The position numbers and the translations under genes are program-made. 64,000 nt of DNA from Squalus acanthias (taxonomy: Eukaryota). The stretch is taken from contig CM059431.1 of the NCBI GenBank assembly GCA_030390025.1, forward strand, positions 155,436,001-155,500,000, read 5' to 3'. Below are positions 55,001 to 61,689 of the stretch, in pieces (position 1 is the stretch's first letter; every line of letters starts with the position of its first letter). The notes beneath the pieces are model-generated. The model ran no database searches. It was given only the letters and a program-made list of their open reading frames with translations, and was not told the DNA's origin.

Positions 55001-58000
55001 ATTTGTGAAAGGCTCCTACTCATCCTCAAATCTCTCGCCTATCTTATCTCTAAAGTCATCTTCACATCCCATCTTTTGCACTCCAGTCCCTCCTCTCCCC
55101 TTGCTGTGCTCTCCAGTTCATCAGCTCCTGACTCCAGACATAGAACTGATCCACACCGACTGGAATTCAGTTCCTATGAGCTTCCATCACTGTACTTCTT
55201 ACTTATTTGAAACAGCGAGCACATGCAGCAAGGTCTTGCACGTTTCTCTTAACTCCAGCAAAACAGTCAGCTTTAAATCTGAATACCACCTCTGTAACAT
55301 AGAAACATAGAAGATTGGAGCAGGAGTAGGCCATTCGGCCCCTCGAGCCTGCTCCGCCATTTAATGAGATCATGGCTGATCATCCAAACTCAGTACCCTC
55401 TACCATCCTTCACCCCTTATCCCTTGATATCTTTAGCTTTAAGCAATATATCTAACTGATTCTTAAATATATTTAATGACTTGGCCTCAACTATCTTCTG
55501 TAGTAGAGAATTCCACAGGTTCACCACACTCTGGGTGAAGAAAATCTTCCTCATTTCTGTCCTAAATGACTTACCCCTTATCGTTAGATTATGACCCCTG
55601 GTTCTGGAACCTCCGACCATCGGGAACATTCTTCCTGCTTCTAGTTTGTCCAGACCTGTCAGGATTTTATATGTTACGATGAGATCCCCTCTCATTCTTG
55701 TATACTCCAGCGAGTATAAGCCCAATTGACCCAATCTCTCCTCAGATGTCATTCCTGCCATCCCAGGTATCAGCCTTGTGAAACTTCGCTGAACTCCTTC
55801 CTTGGCAAGAACATCCTTCCTCAGATAAGGCGACCAACACTGCACACAGTACTCAAGGTGTGGTCTCACCAAGCCCCTGTACAACTGCAGCAGGACATCC
55901 CTGTTCATATACTCAAACCCTGTCGCTATGAAAGCCAGCATGCCATTTTCCTTCTTCACCGCCTGCTGCACCTGCATGCTTACCTTCAGCGACTGGTGCA
56001 CAAGTCACACAGGTCTCGTTGCACTTCCCCTTCTCCCAATCTATTGCCCTACAGATAATAGTCTGCCTTTCTGTTTTTGACACCAAAGTGGATAACCGCG
56101 CATTTATCCACGATATGTTGCATCTGCCACGCTTCTGCCCACTCACCCAATCTGTCCAAATCATCCTGGAGTTTCTAGGTATCCTGCTCGCAGCACACAC
56201 GCCCACTCAGCTTTGTGTCATCTGCAAACTTGGAGATATTACATTTAGTTCCCTTATCTAGATCATTAATGTATATTGTGAATAGCTGGGGGCTAAGGAC
56301 CGATCCCTGCGGTACCCCACTAGTCACTCCCTGCCACTCGGAAAAATACCCATTAATTCCTACTTTCTGCTTTCTGTCCGCCAAACAGTTCTCTATCCAC
56401 GTCAATACCTTGCCCCCAATCCCATGTGCCTTAACTTTACATGCGTATCTCTTATGCGGTACCTTATCGAAAGCCTTTTGAAAGTCCAAATACACCACAT
56501 CTGCTGGTTCTCCCTTATCTATTTTCCCAGTTACATCCTCAAAAAAATTCCAGTAGATTAGTCAAGCAAAATTTACCTTTTGTAAATCCATGTTTACTTT
56601 GTCCGATCCTGTCACTGTTTTTCAAGTGCTCAGCTATTACATCCTTTATAATGGACTCCAGCATTTTTGCACTACCGATGTAATTCGTTGCTTTCTCTCT
56701 ACCACCCTTTTTGAATAGTGGGATAACATTAGCTACCCTCCAATCCATGGGTACAGTTCCAGATTCCATCGCGTGTTGGAAGATGATCAGCAATGCATCT
56801 AACATTTCTAGGGCCACTTCCTTAAGTATTTTTGGATGTAGATTATCAGGCCCTGGCGATTTATCAGCCTTCCATCCCGTCTATTTCCCGAACACCATTT
56901 CCCTGCAAATACTGATCTCTTTCAGTTCCTCCCTTTCATCAGACCCTATGTTCTCCAACATCTCTGGGAGGTTATTTATGTCCTCCTTTGTGAAGACAGA
57001 TGCAAAATATGCATTTAATTGGTCTGCCATTTCTTTGTTCCCCATTATAACCTCCCCCACTTCTGACTGCAAGGGACCTACACTTGATTTCACTAATCTT
57101 TTTCTCTTCACATATCTTTAAAAGCTCGTACAGTCAGTTTTTATGTTCCCTGTAAGCTTACTTTTATATTATATTTAACCCTTATTAAATAATCCCTTTT
57201 TCCTCCTTTGTTGCATCCTATACTGCTCCCAATCCTCAGGGTTACCGCTTTTTCTGGCCAATTTATATGCCATCTCCTTGGATCTTATGCTATCTCTAAT
57301 TTCCCTTTTTAGCCACGGTTGAGTCACCCTTTTTGTTTTATTCTTATGCCACACTGGGATGAAACAATTTTGTAGTTCATCCATGCAGTCTTTGAATGAT
57401 TGCCATTGCCTATCCACCCTCAACCCTTTGAGTGACATTCCCCAATCAATCCTACCCAATTCGCGCCTCATACCATCTTAGTTTCCTTTATTTAAATTGA
57501 GGACTCTAGTCTCTGATTCAACTACTTCACTCTCCATCCGAATGAAGAATTCTATCATATTATCATCACACTGACCCAAGGGGCCTCGTACAACATGATT
57601 GCTAATTAATCCCTTCTCGTTACATAATACCAAGTCTAAGATGGCCTGATCTCTGGTTGGTTCCTCGACATATTGTTCCAGAAAACCATCCTGTAAACAT
57701 TCTAGGAATTCCTCCTCCACAGTATTTTTACTAATTTGGTTAGACCAATCTATAAGTAAATTAAAGTCACCCATGATGACTGCTGTAAGCTTGCTGCATG
57801 CTTCTCTAATTTCCCTTTTAATGCCGTCCCCAAACTCTGTATTACTGTTTGGAGATATATATACCACTCCCACTAACGTTTTCTGCCCCTTGTTATTTAT
57901 CAGTTCCACCCATACAGATTCTGCATCATCAGAGATAATATCCTTCCTTTCAATTGTGTTAATCCCCACTTTAACGAGCAATTCTACCCCACCTCCCTTT

Positions 58001-60386
58001 CTTGTTTCCCTATCTTGCGAAATTATTGTATACCCCTGGATGTTGAGTTACCAGCCTTGTCCACCCTGGAGCCATGTTTCTGTAATCCTAATCAAGTCGT
58101 ATTCATTTACCTCTATTTCCGCAGCTAATTCATCCACCTTGTTCCGAATGCTCCTTGCATTAACATACAAATCCTTCAGGCTTGTTTTTTAACGGTCTCA
58201 GACCTATATGAATTATTATTTACTGTAAACATGTTTGATTTAAACCGGTGAGTTCTTTGCCTTCTACTTTTGTTTTTTCTCCATCCTGTCTTTTGCTTTT
58301 ATCCTTGTTTCCCTTTCCTCTGTCTCCCTGCTCAGTTTCCCAAACCCCTGCCACTTTAGTTTAAACCCTCCACAACAGCACTAGGAAACACTCCCCCTAG
58401 GACAGCGGTCCCGGCCCTGCCCAGGTGCAGACCGCCCGTTTGTACTGGTCCCACCTCCCCCAGAACTGGTTCCAATGTCCAAGGAATTTGAATCCCTCCC
58501 CCTTGCACCATTCCTCTAGCCACTTATTCATTTGAAATATCCTCCTATTTGTACTCTTACTGGAACGTGGCACTGGTAGCAATCCTGAGATCACTACCTT
58601 TGAGGTCTCATATTTTAATTTACCTCCTAAATCCCTATATTCTGCTTTTAGGACCTCATCCCGTTTTTTACCTATATCGTTGATGCCTTTGTGTACCACG
58701 ACAACTGGCTGTTCGCCCTCCCCCTCCAAAATGTTTTGTAGCCGCTCTGAGACGTACTTGATCCTTGCACCAGGGAGGCAACACACCACCCTGGAGTCTC
58801 GATTGCGGACGCAGAAACGCCTATCTAATCCCCTTACAATTGAGTCTCCTATCACTATAGCTCTTGCACACTTTTTCCTCCCAGCCTGTGCAGCAGAGCC
58901 ACCCATGGTGCCAGGAAGTTGGCTGCTCCTGCCTTCCCCTGATAAGTCATTCCCCCAACAGTATCCAAAGTGGTATATCTGTTTTAGAGGGGGATGGCCA
59001 CAGGGGACCCTTGCACTACATGCCTGCACCTCTTACTCTGCCTGCTGGTCAACCATTCACTTCCTGCCTTTTCACCCTTTACCTGCGGTGTTACCAACTC
59101 GCTAAACGTGCTTTCCGCGACGTTCTCAGCGTTGCGAATGCTCCAATATTCATCCATCCGCATCTCCAGCGCCGCAATGCGGTCTATCAGTAGCTGCAGC
59201 TGGATAAGATTCCCACACACATGGTCGTCAGGGACAAGGAAGCGTCCCTGATTTCCCACATATTGCAGGAGGAGCATATCACGGGGCGGAGCTCTCCTGC
59301 CATGACTTACCCTTTACTTAATTGATTCAAATTAAATTAAATTAATCCCACCAATTTAACTTCAATTATATGATATACTCAAGGGCCCTTTCCCGACACT
59401 GGCCTCTGTAAAAAGCCCACGAAAGTGAGTTTAAGTACTCACTGATCTGCTGCTCTCTCCGCTCCCGACACTGGCCTCTGTAAAAAAGCCCGCGAAAGTG
59501 AGTTTAAATACTCACTATGATGCGGCTCTCTCCGTTCCCGACACTGGCCTCTGGAAAAAAGCCCGCGAAAGTGAGTTTAAATACTCACTATGCTGCGGCT
59601 CTCTCCGCTCCCGACACTGGCCTCTGGAAAAAAGCCCGCGAAAGTGAGTTTAACTACTCACTGTGCTGATGCTCTCTCCGCTCCCGACACTGGCCTCCGG
59701 AAAAAAAACCACGAAAGTGAGTTTATATACTCACCGTGCTGCTGCTCTCTCCGCTCCCGACACTGGCATTTGGAAAAAAGGCCGCGAAAGTGAGTTTAAG
59801 TACTCACTGATCTGCTGCTCTCTCCGCTCCCGACACTGTCTTCTGAAAAAAAGCCCGCGAAAGTGAGTTTAAGTACTCACTGATCTGTTGCTCTCTCCTC
59901 TCCCGACACTGTCCTCTTAAAAAAAGCCCGCGAAAGTGAGTTTAAGTACTCACTGATCTGCTGCTCTCTCCGCTCCCGACACTGTCCTCTCAAAAAAAGC
60001 CCGCGAAAGTGAGTTTAAATACTCACTGTGCTGCTGCTCTCTCCGCTCCAGACACTGGCCTCTGTAAAAAAAAAAGCCCGCGAAAGGCACCACTAACAGT
60101 GTTTACTGCTTGAAAGACTCCCGAAAGAACTTCTGTCGCGATAGCAGTTAGTTCAGAGTATTCAATGTTTCATAGAGGGCATTTATGTAAATCTGTTCTT
60201 ATTAATACCTTCAAAGAAAATGCAGTTACTGAAATATTACCAACGTTGGCGAGTTACACGGATTTCCAGCTGCGCAGAGTTATCGTTTGCTATCGTCAGA
60301 GACTAGAACCGTCAATTGAAGAGGTAGTGGAGGCCGTTAGTCAATCGCTTGTAGATGCAAACGTGCTCACTGAAGCAAATCATAAG
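897..60386 (+). CDS. Partial multi-exon gene model (18 exons in window: X1,Y1,X2,Y2,X3, then A1,B1...B6,A7) encoding a tandem death-fold/CARD-like repeat protein, probably NLR-related; start and stop outside window
   Basis: Exons have AG/GT boundaries (except the A5 acceptor) and alternating compatible phases; the concatenated length of 3144 nt = 1048 codons has no stop by manual translation; length differences between paralogous exons are multiples of 3. Confidence 0.72.
2342..2511 (+). CDS. Exon Y1 (170 nt, phase 1->0): (V)[56 protein letters not shown]; diverged homologue of exon A
   Basis: tttatag| acceptor, gag|gtttgt donor; lies inside ORF 2314..2547; same length and phases as exon A, 14/57 ungapped identities to exon A2. 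Confidence 0.65.
3819..3966 (+). CDS. Exon X2 (148 nt, phase 0->1): [49 protein letters not shown]
   Basis: ctttttatcatcag| acceptor, accg|gtgaga donor; open frame, same length as X1. Confidence 0.65.
4661..4827 (+). CDS. Exon Y2 (167 nt, phase 1->0): (V)[55 protein letters not shown]
   Basis: tactttatag| acceptor, gag|gtattt donor; inside ORF 4576..4878; 3 nt shorter than Y1, in frame. Confidence 0.65.
5965..6091 (+). CDS. Exon X3 (127 nt, phase 0->1): [42 protein letters not shown]
   Basis: ataatcag| acceptor, ttgg|gtaaga donor; 21 nt shorter than X1/X2, in frame. Confidence 0.65.
6545..6975 (+). mobile_element. Degraded CR1 LINE RT fragments
   Basis: Remnants of the [19 protein letters not shown] and [10 protein letters not shown] motifs in the nucleotide sequence. 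Confidence 0.7.
7385..7690 (-). mobile_element. CR1 3' end fragment
   Basis: ORF 7393..7620 has a [18 protein letters not shown] tail and the CR1 3' UTR hairpin (ggccattcggccc). Confidence 0.75.
8320..8580 (-). mobile_element. Penelope-like terminal repeat fragment with decayed hammerhead motif
   Basis: Reverse complement resembles 14200-14368 (cagttctgatg...gacctgaaatgttaact...gatgctacctgatctgctgagtatttcca). Confidence 0.65.
9195..12113 (+). mobile_element. Degraded 5'-truncated CR1 LINE (ORF2 RT pieces) interrupted by a nested CR1
   Basis: ORFs 9403, 9663 ([19 protein letters not shown]), 10296 (KFADDTKL) and 11676; (tctatgat)n tail at ~12091-12113. Confidence 0.9.
10533..11465 (-). mobile_element. 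Nested 5'-truncated CR1 (same family as the 61.7-64 kb element)
   Basis: ORFs 11069..11566 and 10800..11174 ([23 protein letters not shown]); aacataag tail repeats; host CR1 resumes either side (ggtg|caggaacagagggacct). Confidence 0.9.
13584..14368 (+). mobile_element. Penelope-like element fragment: GIY-YIG endonuclease remnant plus 3' terminal repeat; 8-bp TSD atttcaaa
   Basis: ORF 13603..13803 contains [30 protein letters not shown]; atttcaaa at 13576-13583 and 14369-14376; host CR1 GF-K-KSCL motif is split at this point. Confidence 0.85.
14271..14307 (+). ncRNA. Degenerate minimal hammerhead ribozyme motif (Penelope-associated)
   Basis: agtt-CTGACGA-aagatattcgacct-GAAACGTT-aact: conserved core, palindromic ACGT stem III, agtt/aact stem I; stem II eroded. 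Confidence 0.55.
15610..17050. repeat. Highly decayed ~34-bp minisatellite (consensus ~ccaatagcccagggtactctgaccctctgcaggc)
   Basis: Recurrent ccaatagccca / gggtactctg / accctctgcaggc motifs; cccaat at 15651 and 15685 gives 34-bp spacing. Confidence 0.75.
17165..17486 (+). mobile_element. L2-type LINE RT remnant abutting the left edge of the 4.6 kb array
   Basis: Degenerate [14 protein letters not shown] and FH-Y--D-QL motifs. Confidence 0.6.
18218..18387 (+). CDS. Exon A1 (170 nt): (E)[56 protein letters not shown]; first half of the death-fold-like module
   Basis: ccttcacag| acceptor, aag|gtatgt donor; open frame. Confidence 0.85.
19340..20400 (+). mobile_element. Ancient CR1 endonuclease-region remnant carried in the A->B intron of the array units (coordinates for unit 1)
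   Basis: Decayed EELYRQIG....VIGDF-Y type sequence, seen best in paralogous ORFs 47079..47306 and 51763..52062. Confidence 0.55.
21351..21549 (+). CDS. Exon B1 (199 nt): [66 protein letters not shown]; second half of the module plus linker
   Basis: tttttgttag| acceptor, gaag|gttagt donor; open frame; terminal G + AA of the next exon A = GAA. Confidence 0.85.
22625..22794 (+). CDS. Exon A2
   Basis: ctttcacag| ... aag|gtatgt; 170 nt; open; 5 nt differences from A1 giving one amino-acid change (L->V). Confidence 0.85.
22856..28380 (-). mobile_element. Near full-length CR1 LINE (ORF1 Cys-rich/coiled-coil + SGNH esterase; ORF2 APE endonuclease + RT), frameshifted, with a nested CR1
   Basis: ORFs 28002..28502 ([17 protein letters not shown]), 27324..27962 (GDSIVR, HIGTND, DGLH), 26730..27311 (ITETW, GDFNFP, LDL), 25535..26221 and 25152..25499 (KFADDTK). 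Confidence 0.95.
23479..25016 (+). mobile_element. Young 5'-truncated CR1 nested in opposite orientation; uninterrupted RT C-terminal ORF
   Basis: ORF 23429..24916 (495 aa; [29 protein letters not shown]); (ctatgtat)n tail; absent from the sister copy at ~42330. Confidence 0.95.
31562..31760 (+). CDS. Exon B2
   Basis: ttcttgttag| ... gaag|gttagt; 199 nt; open ([26 protein letters not shown]...). Confidence 0.85.
32824..32993 (+). CDS. Exon A3
   Basis: ccttcacag| ... aag|gtatgt; 170 nt; open ([35 protein letters not shown]...). Confidence 0.85.
33120..33287. mobile_element. 168-bp Penelope-type terminal-repeat insertion with inverted double hammerhead motif; 13-bp TSD
   Basis: tggtttaacttca at 33107-33119 and 33288-33300; absent from other units; CTGACGA-ggggcagcagctcc-GAAAG on both strands. 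Confidence 0.8.
35630..35828 (+). CDS. Exon B3
   Basis: ttattgttag| ... gaag|gttagt; 199 nt; open. Confidence 0.85.
36886..37055 (+). CDS. Exon A4
   Basis: ccttcaaag| (AAG acceptor) ... aag|gtatgt; 170 nt; open ([13 protein letters not shown]...[23 protein letters not shown]). Confidence 0.8.
40220..40418 (+). CDS. Exon B4
   Basis: ttcttgttag| ... gaag|gttagt; 199 nt; open. Confidence 0.85.
41473..41642 (+). CDS. Exon A5 (acceptor AG->GG; in-frame cryptic CAG would start the exon at 41482)
   Basis: ccatcacgg|aaaatgcag|atact; open frame; aag|gtatgt donor. Confidence 0.65.
41703..45659 (-). mobile_element. CR1 LINE, duplicated sister of 22856-28380 (same insertion site and 5' truncation point); 7-bp TSD ctgttta
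   Basis: ORFs 45194..45709, 44725..45228, 44408..44827, 43779..44141, 42853..43266 and 42167..42898; ctgttta at 41696-41702 and 45660-45666. Confidence 0.95.
48807..49005 (+). CDS. Exon B5
   Basis: ttcttgttag| ... gaag|gttagt; 199 nt; open. Confidence 0.85.
50066..50235 (+). CDS. Exon A6
   Basis: ccttcacag| ... aag|gtatgt; 170 nt; open. Confidence 0.85.
53077..53816. mobile_element. Non-autonomous DNA transposon/MITE (~740 bp) with 17-bp TIRs
   Basis: tggcccaaaaatttgtg ... cacgaatttttgggcca (1 mismatch); unit-6-specific insertion into cctaatatct; superfamily not assignable because the TSD is ambiguous. Confidence 0.85.
54158..54356 (+). CDS. Exon B6
   Basis: ttcttgttag| ... gaag|gttagt; 199 nt; open. 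Confidence 0.85.
55298..60085 (-). mobile_element. Apparently full-length (disrupted) CR1 LINE: 5' UTR monomer array, ORF1 from ATG at 59303, SGNH esterase, APE endonuclease, RT, catagaaa-type tail
   Basis: ORF1 begins [19 protein letters not shown]; ORFs 58397..59029 (IGDSIVRG), 57478..57981 (GDFN, EPTR..ILDL), 56175..56498 (KFADDTKL) and 55417..56001; interrupts ctctgtaa|ggcaccac of the unit. Confidence 0.93.
59392..60085. repeat. 73-bp tandem repeat, ~9.5 copies, forming the CR1 5' UTR
   Basis: cccgacact (last copy ccagacact) at 59392, 59464, 59537, 59610, 59683, 59756, 59829, 59902, 59975 and 60048. Confidence 0.95.
60217..60386 (+). CDS. Exon A7
   Basis: ccttcaaag| ... aag|gtatgt; inside ORF 60165..60416 ([36 protein letters not shown]...). 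Confidence 0.8.
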
Positions 60387-61689
60387 GTATGTTTCATCTA
60401 TGTTAGAATCGTATAGTGTTAAATGAGTCAAACGATTGACTGTTCAGACATAGTGTACTCTGTGCAGCCCAACGATATAAGCAGTACATAACGCTGTACT
60501 GGTTTAACTTCAGTAGACAATCTTAAATTATTGTTCTGTGCCAGTGATTTGAAATACTCTTCTGAGATATCTCTGTGAAATTAATTTTTCATGAATTGTC
60601 AATGCATGCATTCTTACCGTCAGCTGCTCCATCAATGACCTTCCTTCAAAAGGTCAGAGTTGGGGCTATTCGCTAATGATTGCACAATGTTTAGTTCCGT
60701 TCGGAATTCCTCAGAAAATGAAGCAGTCCATGGCCGCACTCAGCATGACCCGGACAGCATCCAGATTTGGGCCGATAATGACAGTTAACATTTATGCAAC
60801 GTAAGTTTCAGGTACTGGCTACTTGCAACTAGAGAAAATCTAATCAATTGCAATTGACATTCAATGTCTTCTCCTTCGGTGATCTACCACCATGAGTGTC
60901 CCGATGATTAGCACTAAAACCAGATTTGAGAATTTACTGCCAAACCTCTTGCAGTTAATGTTATTCCAGTAGCCAAGCCCCTCGAAATGAGTAATTGAAT
61001 AAGACAAAACATGCAGCGCAAGCAACACACATCATCATTACAGTCCAATGGACAACCAGGTGCTATGTCAAAACTGTTATAATTCATAATTCAAATCTCA
61101 TGTGAATAATTTAACATGACACATACGAACTTAACAGCATGACATTTCCTACGATCACGGCCGAGATGTTCCGCCCATTCTCCTTCCAAACGGTCGTGCG
61201 TTTCGAATTTGATTGAGCCATGGTCGGTGGCGCGGACTGAACAATTTCTGCTGAACATATCCAACTGGTTTCTTCCATTCTACTTCTTGCTAATCCCCAC
61301 CCCTACCTCGGCCCAAAACTCACGGACGTCAAGACACCGAGCCTCTCCCGAGGCCACATCCTCTCACCTCATGAATGCCATAATGTCGCATTTCATAAAA
61401 CAACCCTAGTCTAATCTATGATTTTTATCTGCTCCCTTTCTCCAATACGTCCTCACTTACGTAACACAAATGTCATAAGAGATAGTACTGTGAATAACGC
61501 TGGGATGTTCAAGGTACAGTTTGTCTGAGTGTATGTTATAATGATGTGATCGATGTGGCTTTTAGAAGGGCTGGATTGGGAAATGAATTGTGCTCTGTTA
61601 ACTGAAGATAAAGGAAACTTATGTTGTATGCAAATAGCGATCATTCATTAATAACAGATTCAGTTGCAGAATTTGATCTTCAGGAATAA

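Noticed and set aside
59392..60085. Palindrome-containing regular repeat as a CRISPR array
   Set aside because: Units are contiguous 73-bp copies with no unique spacers, no cas genes, and a eukaryotic LINE context
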